From Eubacteriales bacterium (GTDB lineage: Bacteria > Bacillota > Clostridia > Christensenellales > UBA1750), in assembly GCA_031548365.1 (NCBI GenBank), contig JAVBRD010000022.1, positions 20,250-84,249 of the forward strand: 64,000 nt of DNA. The letters run 5' to 3'. This document shows positions 1-7,831 of this stretch, piece after piece. The notes under the pieces were generated by a model. It was not told where the DNA came from, ran no database searches, and worked only from the letters and a program-made list of their open reading frames with translations. The position numbers and the translations under genes are program-made. Position 1 is the stretch's first letter, and every line of letters begins with the position of its first letter.

Positions 1-84
1 ATCGGCACGCACGATGAGCTCGTCGCGCGCGGCGGGCTGTACGCGACGATGTGGGACGCGCAGGCGCAATGGTACGAGGCGTAA
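1..84 (+). CDS. C-terminus of ABC transporter ATP-binding/permease protein (partial)
   Basis: Frame 1 reads IGTHDELVARGGLYATMWDAQAQWYEA*, the typical C-terminal GTHxEL...GxY motif of ABC exporters. Confidence 0.8.
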   Translation: MGTHDELVARGGLYATMWDAQAQWYEA

Positions 85-108
85 CGTAAGTATCACTATG
101 GTGTTTTG

Positions 109-145
109 ATGCTCCGTCCTCTTTACGGGCGGAGCATGTTTTTCC
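109..145 (+). terminator. Intrinsic terminator
   Basis: ATGCTCCGTCC/GGGCGGAGCAT stem followed by GTTTTT, just after the ABC gene stop. Confidence 0.65.
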
Positions 146-174
146 TTGACATAGGTTCTATATAGAACTATACT
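146..174 (+). promoter_or_regulatory. Sigma-A promoter with palindromic MarR-type operator in the spacer
   Basis: TTGACA(146-151)-17 bp-TATACT(169-174); perfect palindrome GTTCTATATAGAAC at 155-168. Confidence 0.8.
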
Positions 175-193
175 GAGAGAGGAGGGGAGGAAT

Positions 194-628
194 CTGAAAA
201 CATACGGCGGGTTCTACATTTCGCGCGTCAAGCAGCTCGGTGGAAGGTTGTTCGACAAACTCCTGCGCCAGAGTGGTGTGGATGTGTTCAACGGCGCGCA
301 GGGCAGGATTCTATATGTGCTTTGGGAAAACAGGAATTTAAGCATCACGGATGTGTCCAAGCTGACGTCGTTGTCAAAAAATACTTTGACCAGCATGCTC
401 GACCGGATGGAGTGCGACGGGCTGATCCGCCGCGTGCGCGATACGCGCAACCGCAGACGGGTTTTCGTCGAGCTCACGGACAAAGTTGTCGCTTATCGCG
501 GTATGTACGAGAAAATTTCGGAGCAGACGAACCAGATTTTTTACAGCGGCTTTGATGAGGATGAGATTCTGGATTTTGAGGGCAAACTTATGCGCATCAT
601 TGAGAATCTGGAAAAAGAAGGGGTATAG
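194..628 (+). CDS. MarR-family transcriptional regulator (probable CTG start)
   Basis: wHTH with DxRxxR-like motif (DTRNRRRVFV); strong SD GGAGGGGAGG immediately before an in-frame CTG at 194, giving MKTYGGFYISRVKQLGGRLF. Confidence 0.85.
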   Translation: MKTYGGFYISRVKQLGGRLFDKLLRQSGVDVFNGAQGRILYVLWENRNLSITDVSKLTSLSKNTLTSMLDRMECDGLIRRVRDTRNRRRVFVELTDKVVAYRGMYEKISEQTNQIFYSGFDEDEILDFEGKLMRIIENLEKEGV

Positions 629-630
629 AC

Positions 631-1203
631 GTGGAAAAAGTAAGCGTTCAGAGGGGCAACCGATTCAGCCCGCAACAGCTTTATGTGTATGGCACATACA
701 AGGAGAACGGCGACCCCAACTTCGGCTTGTTCTGTTGGATCAGTTTCTGCTGGAACGCCGAACTGCGCGTGATGGCGTGTATCGGCGGGGAGAAGCTGAC
801 CAAGGACCGTATCCGCGCGACAGGCGTGTTCTCAGCCAACATCGTCTCGGAAGACCTTCTCCCGCTCGCGGATTACTTCGGCAATTCCGAGGGGTATTCG
901 GCCAAAAAGATGGAGATTCCCGTTTCGGTCGAAAGGGGAGCGGTGCTCAACGTCCCGACACTCACGGACAGCCCGCTGAGCTACGAGCTTGAGGTCGAAA
1001 AGACCGTACAGCTGGACGACAGCGAGATATTCATTTGTAAAATCCGCAACGCCATGGTCGCAAAAGCGCTCGCGGAGGAGAACACATCAACAGAGGACTG
1101 TGCAAAAACGATTTCGCCGGTGATGAGTTTCGGCGGACAGCGGTATTGGTCTGTGCGCCCCGAACTGCTCGGATCGTGGGGCGACTGGAAGGAGCGCAAG
1201 TGA
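631..1203 (+). CDS. Flavin reductase-like (FMN-binding split barrel) protein
   Basis: Motifs GTYKENGDPN, TKDRIRATGVFSAN, ADYFG, VPTLTDSPLSYELEV. Confidence 0.8.
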   Translation: MEKVSVQRGNRFSPQQLYVYGTYKENGDPNFGLFCWISFCWNAELRVMACIGGEKLTKDRIRATGVFSANIVSEDLLPLADYFGNSEGYSAKKMEIPVSVERGAVLNVPTLTDSPLSYELEVEKTVQLDDSEIFICKIRNAMVAKALAEENTSTEDCAKTISPVMSFGGQRYWSVRPELLGSWGDWKERK

Positions 1204-1778
1204 TGTCAAGCAGATTTCTCGTTGAGGTTTCGGCGCGTCACGTTCATCTTAGTCAGGCCGATGTGGAAGCGTTGTTCGGTGAGGGACACAAGCTCACGTA
1301 TGTGCGTGATTTGTCTCAGCCCGGACAGTTTGTGTGCGAGGAACGCGTCGAGGTGGTCGGGGCAAAGGGAACCCTGAAAAACGTGGTTGTTCTCGGTCCC
1401 GCGCGTCCGGCCTCGCAGGTCGAGGTCTCGCTGACCGATTGCTACGCGCTCGGTCAGTCTGCGCCGGTGCGGGAGTCGGGTCAGGTTTCCGGGACGCCCG
1501 GCATCAGGCTCAGGGGGACGCATGCCGAGGTGGCGCTCAGCGAAGGTCAGATCGTGGCTAAACGGCACATCCACATGACGCCGGAGGATGCAGCCGCGCT
1601 CCGCGTTGCCGACAAACAGGTTGTGCAGGTGCGCGTTTTCACAGACCGCCCGCTCACCTTTGGCGATGTCGTTGTTCGCGTCTCGCCCAGTTTCAAGCTC
1701 GCCATGCACATCGACACGGACGAAGCCAACGCCGCCGCGATCAGCAGGAACGGTTGCGAAGGAGAAATCGTTCTGTAG
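1203..1778 (+). CDS. pduL: PduL-type phosphate propanoyl/acetyltransferase
   Basis: SARHVHLS, LSQPGQF, VLGPAR, PVRESG, AKRHIHM, MHIDTDEANA; ATG overlaps the upstream stop (TGATG). Confidence 0.9.
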   Translation: MSSRFLVEVSARHVHLSQADVEALFGEGHKLTYVRDLSQPGQFVCEERVEVVGAKGTLKNVVVLGPARPASQVEVSLTDCYALGQSAPVRESGQVSGTPGIRLRGTHAEVALSEGQIVAKRHIHMTPEDAAALRVADKQVVQVRVFTDRPLTFGDVVVRVSPSFKLAMHIDTDEANAAAISRNGCEGEIVL

Positions 1779-1861
1779 CCGCGTCGCCATCATTCTTGGC
1801 TTTTGCGCGGGGCAGTGCTGTGGTATAATGCCGGGGACGATGTACCGCAAAGGAGCTTGCA

Positions 1862-2542
1862 ATGTTCAGTGCATTTATGGGGGACCCTCTGGCGCTGCTC
1901 GCTTACTACGCGTCATTCTTGCCGGCGATCATACTGGCTTTCACGCTTCATGAGTTCGGACACGCGCTTGCAGCTGTCGCTTTCGGGGATGAAACACCGC
2001 GTGATCAGGGACGCTTGACACTCAACCCAATGGCGCACATCGACCCGGTTGGGCTGATTTTTATGATCATCATGCGGTTTGGCTGGGCAAAGCCGGTGCA
2101 GATACGTCCCGCCAACTTTGGCCACCCAAGGCGAGATGAGATCCTTGTGTCACTCGCGGGCGTGACGATGAATTTTCTGACCGCGTTCGCGCTGTACGGC
2201 GTTCTGAGCACCATCGGCGGTTACGCGGCATTGAGCGCGGCGGAAACGGTGAGTGAGCGCTTGGCGGGATGGCTGGTGCAGGTCGTCTCTCAGCTGTATC
2301 AAGTCAGCTTGCTGCTGTGCGTGTTTAACCTCATCCCCTGCCCGCCGCTGGACGGATGGCAGGTGCTCAAAGCGGTCGTGGGGCCGGCCGCGCTCAAGTT
2401 CACCTGGCAGGTGGAGCGGTATGGCTTTATTTTGCTGATTGTGCTGTCCTTCGTGGGTGCGCTCGGTCTGATTATCGCGGTTGGGACGGGCGTACTCAGC
2501 GCAGGGATCGCCAGCTTCTACGGCCTCATGGGGGTGCGCTGA
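1862..2542 (+). CDS. Site-2 protease family (peptidase M50)
   Basis: HEFGH, GRLTLNP, FNLIPCPPLDG; extended -10 TGGTATAAT at 1821-1829. Confidence 0.9.
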   Translation: MFSAFMGDPLALLAYYASFLPAIILAFTLHEFGHALAAVAFGDETPRDQGRLTLNPMAHIDPVGLIFMIIMRFGWAKPVQIRPANFGHPRRDEILVSLAGVTMNFLTAFALYGVLSTIGGYAALSAAETVSERLAGWLVQVVSQLYQVSLLLCVFNLIPCPPLDGWQVLKAVVGPAALKFTWQVERYGFILLIVLSFVGALGLIIAVGTGVLSAGIASFYGLMGVR

Positions 2543-2543
2543 C

Positions 2544-3287
2544 TTGCCGGTCGTGTTCCATCTGTCGCAGTTTGACGGCCCGCTCGATCTGCTCCTCGCG
2601 CTCATCACGCGTGCGAAGCTTGACATCCACGACGTCATGCTCGCCGAGATCACCGACCAGTTTATCGGTATCGTTTTCGCGAGCGATGAGCTGCAGGCGG
2701 AAGCCGCGAGCGAGTTTGTCGCGGTGGCAGCGCTGCTGGTGGAGATCAAGACGCGTGCGCTCCTCCCACGTCCGCCAAAGACGGAGGATGAAGGAGAGGA
2801 ATCGCCCGAGGAGATGCTTATACGCAGGCTCGCCGAGTACAAGAGATACAAGGAAGCGTGCGAGGAGCTGCGTCTTGAGGAGAGCCGCGCGGGTATGCTC
2901 AGATTCAAAATGCCGGAAGAGCGCCCCGCACCGATGGAAGAGCTTAACATGGATGGCGTGACGCTCGCCATTATTCGCGATGCCTTTATGCGGTTGCTCG
3001 CGCGCACGTCAGACGACGCTCCAAAGGAGCCGCGCGTGCGGCAGATTGAGCGTGAAAGGTACACGGTATCCGATGCCGTCACCCGGATATCGCGGTTGTT
3101 GCTGGGCGGTCGGACGGCCCGGTTCAATGAACTTTTGGCCGATGCGCCGACGCGCGAGGAGATCGTGACGGTTTTTCTCGCGGTGCTGGAACTCATCAAG
3201 CTTGCGCGAGTTCGTGTGTTTCAGCGAGAGCCGCTTGGCGAGCTGGAGCTGAAGGCAGAAGGTGGTGAAGCGGATGGAGGTTCGTGA
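2544..3287 (+). CDS. scpA: Segregation and condensation protein A
   Basis: FDGPLDLLL, EIKTRALLP, FLAVLEL; TTG start inferred. Confidence 0.9.
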   Translation: MPVVFHLSQFDGPLDLLLALITRAKLDIHDVMLAEITDQFIGIVFASDELQAEAASEFVAVAALLVEIKTRALLPRPPKTEDEGEESPEEMLIRRLAEYKRYKEACEELRLEESRAGMLRFKMPEERPAPMEELNMDGVTLAIIRDAFMRLLARTSDDAPKEPRVRQIERERYTVSDAVTRISRLLLGGRTARFNELLADAPTREEIVTVFLAVLELIKLARVRVFQREPLGELELKAEGGEADGGS

Positions 3288-3837
3288 GCTTGCCGGCGCG
3301 ATTGAAGCCGTGTTGTTTGTCGCGGGCGATCCGCTGACGCGGCGCGAACTTGCCAAGGCTCTGGACGTTCACATGCATGATCTCAACGCGGCCATTGAAC
3401 AGCTCGAGATGGAGACCGCGCAGCGCGGCGTGCGCGTCGTTTCGTTTGGAGAAAGTGTTCAGCTTGCCACAAACCCGTCGTTCGCAAGGGCCATCGACGC
3501 GGCGTTTGCCGCCGCGCCCCGCCCGCCGCTGACTCAGTCGGCCATTGAGGCGCTTTCAGTGATCGCTTACCGACAACCTGTAACGCGCGGAGACATCGAG
3601 GCTGTGCGCGGCGTCAAAAGCGACTATACAGTGGCGACCCTTCTGCGGCGCGGACTCATCACCGAGGCGGGGCGAAGAGATACGTTGGGGCGTCCCATGC
3701 AGTACGTCACAACGGATTTGTTTCTGCGGCATTTTGGGCTGACTGATATCAGTGAGCTGCCGCCGTTGCCTGACGAAGAAGCGGCCCCGCTTCTGATTGA
3801 GCCGCGCACCGAAACAGATCGGGTCGCGGAGGCGTAA
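3274..3837 (+). CDS. scpB: Segregation and condensation protein B
   Basis: IEAVLF, EALSVIAYRQPVTR, GRPMQYVTTDLFL. Confidence 0.92.
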   Translation: MEVRELAGAIEAVLFVAGDPLTRRELAKALDVHMHDLNAAIEQLEMETAQRGVRVVSFGESVQLATNPSFARAIDAAFAAAPRPPLTQSAIEALSVIAYRQPVTRGDIEAVRGVKSDYTVATLLRRGLITEAGRRDTLGRPMQYVTTDLFLRHFGLTDISELPPLPDEEAAPLLIEPRTETDRVAEA

Positions 3838-3897
3838 AGCGGCATGACAAGACGTCCCCCCACATATGTTGGTTTGAACAGATGTGGGGGGATTGCT

Positions 3898-4773
3898 ATG
3901 CTCAGAGTCAGCTCAATCGCCGGTTTACCGGTCATCGGAATGGAAGAGGCGAGGACCATCGGGCGAGTCGTCGGCGTGCTGGTGGATGCCGCAGGGATCA
4001 AGGCGGCGTGCCTGCTCGTTCAATCAGGCCCTGCAGTTTTGGGCGCGCACGCGCTTACGCTGGACAAAGTCACGGGGATCGGGCCGGACGCAATCGCCGC
4101 GCGCAGCATCGCGGACTTAAAACCGCTGCGCGAGGACGCGCGCCTGACTTCGCTCGCCGAGCAGGAGACCGACATACCCGGGGCGATCGTGTACAAGATC
4201 AATGGCGAGCGCATCGGGGAAGCCGTGGATTGGTCGATGACGCCGGACGGGCGGATCGCGGGGGTTTTGCTCAAAAGTGGGGGCGTGCTGAGCGGGAAAG
4301 ACGTTCTGTCCATCGGGCATGGCATTGTCGTCGTCAGGCAGTGCGAGACAGGGGACGCCAAGGCGCTAGGTCTGGAGGATGCGCCGATTGGGCCGGCTGC
4401 TCTTTCAGAGGATCAGCTCCAGATTCTCGACGCGTTTGGCGCGCGGGATCTGCCCGTAAAGCCCATGAGACACGCGCCACCTGAGGAGGCGGAGGATTCG
4501 CTCGCTTCGCCTGAGGAAGCTCCGGTTGCGCCGGTTCCGCTCGAAACGCTTACCGAACCCGCGCAAGCCAAACCGCCCGAGACTCAAGGCGATCCATCGC
4601 CAAGCCGTGTTCGCGTGAAGGGCGTGGATTCGCCCTACGCATCGGTCGTTGAAATCGGCAGAGGAGAGCCAAGACCCTCAGGCGTACCCATCGTTATCAG
4701 GCGGCCGTCAAACGAGCGAGACCGCGCTTCTATTCCACTCTTCCCAACCGAAGGGCAAAGGAAGCCTACCTGA
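3898..4773 (+). CDS. Tandem PRC-barrel protein with Pro/Glu-rich C-terminal tail
   Basis: Two PRC-barrel-like repeats (GLPVI..IGRV; GAIVYKINGERIGEAVD..IG), then a low-complexity tail; SD GGGGGG before the ATG. Confidence 0.65.
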   Translation: MLRVSSIAGLPVIGMEEARTIGRVVGVLVDAAGIKAACLLVQSGPAVLGAHALTLDKVTGIGPDAIAARSIADLKPLREDARLTSLAEQETDIPGAIVYKINGERIGEAVDWSMTPDGRIAGVLLKSGGVLSGKDVLSIGHGIVVVRQCETGDAKALGLEDAPIGPAALSEDQLQILDAFGARDLPVKPMRHAPPEEAEDSLASPEEAPVAPVPLETLTEPAQAKPPETQGDPSPSRVRVKGVDSPYASVVEIGRGEPRPSGVPIVIRRPSNERDRASIPLFPTEGQRKPT

Positions 4774-5539
4774 CATAAACCACCTGTGCGATGGTTTTCT
4801 CGCCGCAGGAAACAAAGATGGTTGTTTTACCCGCCATGTGCGCAGTGATCGCTCCCGTTGGCGACACAGATGCGATGGCGGGCTCGGAAGAGTGGTAGAA
4901 CAGTCCGTCGGTGGTGTCTCGCGGCGTGAGGAAAGCATCGATGAGAAGCGTTTCGCCCACGCGGAGTCTATAGGGGATAGTCGCCTTCAAGTTTGTGCAC
5001 TTTTCACGTTTGACCACCCACACTCGCCGCGTAATACTCACCAGCTCGCCGCTCAGGGATACCGTGACACTCGTTTCCCCTTCCTTGTGACCGAAGATTG
5101 CGCCACCCTCATAAGTCGCGATGTCGGGGTCTGCGATGGTCACAATGAGATCGGCCGACACGGGAATCATTGTTGTATTTGTGAGAAACGGTGCTTTGCC
5201 TCCGCGCCCTATGACCAGAGGCTGAGCGTCGGTTTCGATTGCGGCCTCTTTGGGGAGCACCACCACTGTCGAGCTTTCGCCCCCCGGCAGCGTCAAACTC
5301 GTCTCACCCACGTGCAGCGCAATGAGCATGCTGGCCTGATAGAGCGCGACCGCAGGATCGGAAGAGGCGATGACGAGCGGTGCGCGCGTACTTGCGAATT
5401 CGAGAGTGGAACCGACAGGCATGTACAGCGTCTCAGGCAATGTGAAAGGTTCATCCCCGGCGGCGCAAGTGGGCGAAGGCAGTGCTACGAGCAGAACAAG
5501 TGTTAGTGTTAAGACCGTTATCAGCTTGGCAAATTTCAA
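4766..5539 (-). CDS. Secreted protein with bacterial Ig-like (BIG2) domains
   Basis: Signal peptide (KFAKLITVLTLTLVLLVALP..AA) and three SSDP/ADPD/SSEP..A....G...G-T repeats; TTG start after SD GGGAG. Confidence 0.65.
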   Translation of the reverse strand: MKFAKLITVLTLTLVLLVALPSPTCAAGDEPFTLPETLYMPVGSTLEFASTRAPLVIASSDPAVALYQASMLIALHVGETSLTLPGGESSTVVVLPKEAAIETDAQPLVIGRGGKAPFLTNTTMIPVSADLIVTIADPDIATYEGGAIFGHKEGETSVTVSLSGELVSITRRVWVVKREKCTNLKATIPYRLRVGETLLIDAFLTPRDTTDGLFYHSSEPAIASVSPTGAITAHMAGKTTIFVSCGEKTIAQVVYVR

Positions 5540-5602
5540 AAAAATCACTCCCTTTGGCATTTTAGCATGCCTGCGGGAGTGATTCACCCGGAAATGTATG
5601 GT

Positions 5603-6061
5603 TTAGCCCATCGAAGCCGCACCGGTCTTGGGAGCCCCTTTCTCCCAGCCGTGCCTGCTCAGAACGCGATAAACCGTGCTCAGTGCGACAGCGTGGCCCA
5701 CTTGCTTCTCATAAGCGGCGCGCACCTCCGCAACTTTGATCTTGTGACCGTGTTTCATTTTTTCGATAAACGGTGCAATGAAGGCGACTTCGTCGGCATA
5801 TCTCATGTTGCGGCGATTGCCCAGCTTTTTCTTCCACAGGACGGCAGAGAGGCCGTGGTGGTTGTACTTGCTGATCACCATCTCTACACTGACCTGTTGA
5901 TAACCGACTTTCGCTGCGATTTCTTTCCCTGTCAGGCGGTCAAACATGCGCAGTTTCAGGCACATCAGCCTCTTTTTTTCCCACACATTCTCTGACTTGG
6001 AAAGCGTTTCAAGCACCTCCGCTTTTTGTTCCTCAGTGTACACGCGCTGTGGTCTGGCCAT
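5603..6061 (-). mobile_element. IS630-family transposase N-terminal HTH fragment (relic, no DDE domain)
   Basis: IAAKVGY..SV, GNRRNM, STVYRVLSRHGW; skipping one G gives HGWRKGLPRP, the IS630 winged-HTH motif; no catalytic ORF follows. Confidence 0.7.
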
Positions 6062-6116
6062 TCCGAAACACCTTTTCCTTATTTATTTGTCGTGTTTCAA
6101 TCTGGTTTGACTCTGT

Positions 6117-6911
6117 TTAGGTCAAACTGCCCATCCTGCGAAAACGCTCGTACCGTCTCTTGAGCAGATCGTCGGTCTCGCGCGAGTTTGATGTGACGAT
6201 CAGGTCGGTGAAATAGGCTTTTAGCGTGTTCGCAAGGGATTGAGGGTCGGTCTGCGCATCTCCGTTAGGTTCCTCGATTACATCATCTATCACATTTAGC
6301 GCCTTCAGATCACCCGCCGTTAGCTTCATCATTTCTGCCGCGTTTTTCGCCAGTGTTGTATCTTTCCAAAGGATAGTGGCAAATCCTTCCGGCGTCAAGA
6401 TCGAATAAGTCGCATTTTCGAGCATAGCGACCCTATCTGCTACCGCTAGTGCGAGCGCACCGCCTGATCCTCCCTCGCCTATAATCACACAAAAGATAGG
6501 CGTTTTCAGTCGCATCATCTCCATCAAATTCACAGCGATGGCGTTACCCTGGCCCCGCTCCTCCGCGCCGATGCCGCAAAACGCGCCCTGTGTGTCAACA
6601 AAGCAGAGCACGGGGCGGCGAAATTTCTCCGCTTCTTTCATGAGACGGAGGGCTTTTCTGTATCCCTCGGGATGAGGAGCGCCAAAGTTGCGACGTGCTT
6701 TTTCGCGCGCGTCGCTCCCTTTTTCCTCACCGATGACAGTAACGGGAACGCCGCACAGCCAACCGATGCCGCCCACGATCGCGGGGTCGTCGCCGTAAAG
6801 CCGGTCGCCGTGCAGTTCGATGAAATCGTCGATCATCAGCTCAATGAGTGCTTTGGACGTGGGACGCTTTGGATTGCGCGCAGCCTGTACCCTTTGCCAT
6901 GCGTCCATCAC
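6117..6911 (-). CDS. accA: Acetyl-CoA carboxylase carboxyltransferase alpha
   Basis: ELHGDR, PEGYRKALR, AEERGQ, GEGGSGGAL. Confidence 0.95.
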   Translation of the reverse strand: MMDAWQRVQAARNPKRPTSKALIELMIDDFIELHGDRLYGDDPAIVGGIGWLCGVPVTVIGEEKGSDAREKARRNFGAPHPEGYRKALRLMKEAEKFRRPVLCFVDTQGAFCGIGAEERGQGNAIAVNLMEMMRLKTPIFCVIIGEGGSGGALALAVADRVAMLENATYSILTPEGFATILWKDTTLAKNAAEMMKLTAGDLKALNVIDDVIEEPNGDAQTDPQSLANTLKAYFTDLIVTSNSRETDDLLKRRYERFRRMGSLT

Positions 6912-7831
6912 ATGCCCCTCCTCTCGTGGAGCTTGAGCAGCCGCGAAATCGTATGCTTCATGCGGGAGCGTGGAACGATAGCGTCGATGAAGCCTTTTTC
7001 AAGCAGAAATTCGGCTCTTTGGAACGACTCGGGGAGCGATTTTTGCATCGCCTGCTCGATCACCCGGCGTCCGGCAAAACCAATGAGCGCGTTGGGTTCA
7101 GCGAGTGTGATGTCGCCCAGCATCGCGAAGGAAGCGGTCACGCCTCCGGTTGTCGGGTCGGTCAGCACGACAAGGTAAAAGAGCCCTGCATCGTGGAGCC
7201 GTCCGATCGCGCCGGAAACCTTCGCCATCTGCATCAAGGAAACCATGCCTTCCTGCATACGCGCACCGCCGGAAACAGTGAACACGACCAGCGGCAGTTT
7301 CCGCTTGACGGCCTCTTCAGCGGCAAGTGCGAGCTTTTCACCCACGGCGTATCCCATGGAACCCATGATGAAAAACCCGTCCATCGCGCACATCACGCAG
7401 GGGAGACCATCCACGTTCGCCAGTCCGCAAACGACGGCCTCTTTTAGGCCCGTAAAGGAGCGTGTTTTTTTCAGCTTTTCGTCGTAATCCGGAAAATCGA
7501 GCGGGTTTGCGCCCACCACATCGGCAAAAAGCTCTACAAAGCTGCTCTCGTCCGCCGTGTAGCCGATGCGCTGCTGTGCGGTCAAACGGAAATGGTGCGC
7601 ACAGTGTGGACAAACCTTGAGCGTGTCCTGCAAGTCTTCCGAGTAGATGAGCCGTGAGCATCCGGGACACTTTTCCCACATGCCCGAGGGGATGCTTGGC
7701 GCGTCGTCAAGCGCAGGCGGGGGCGTGAGCGCCGCTTGCGGGGCGGGGAGCTGCGGCTGCTCGTAGATGGGCATCGAAGTGGACGCGGGAACAGTGAACA
7801 CGTTGATTTTCTTTTTAGGAAACAGTGGCAT
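6908..7831 (-). CDS. accD: Acetyl-CoA carboxylase carboxyltransferase beta
   Basis: CPGC..CPHC zinc finger, SGGARMQEG, PTTGGVTASFA. Confidence 0.95.
   Translation of the reverse strand: MPLFPKKKINVFTVPASTSMPIYEQPQLPAPQAALTPPPALDDAPSIPSGMWEKCPGCSRLIYSEDLQDTLKVCPHCAHHFRLTAQQRIGYTADESSFVELFADVVGANPLDFPDYDEKLKKTRSFTGLKEAVVCGLANVDGLPCVMCAMDGFFIMGSMGYAVGEKLALAAEEAVKRKLPLVVFTVSGGARMQEGMVSLMQMAKVSGAIGRLHDAGLFYLVVLTDPTTGGVTASFAMLGDITLAEPNALIGFAGRRVIEQAMQKSLPESFQRAEFLLEKGFIDAIVPRSRMKHTISRLLKLHERRGM

Noticed and set aside
5575-6116. Paired terminal inverted repeats for the IS630 relic
   Set aside because: One end (about 6094-6113) is vaguely IS-like, but I could not find a convincing partner or a TA duplication.
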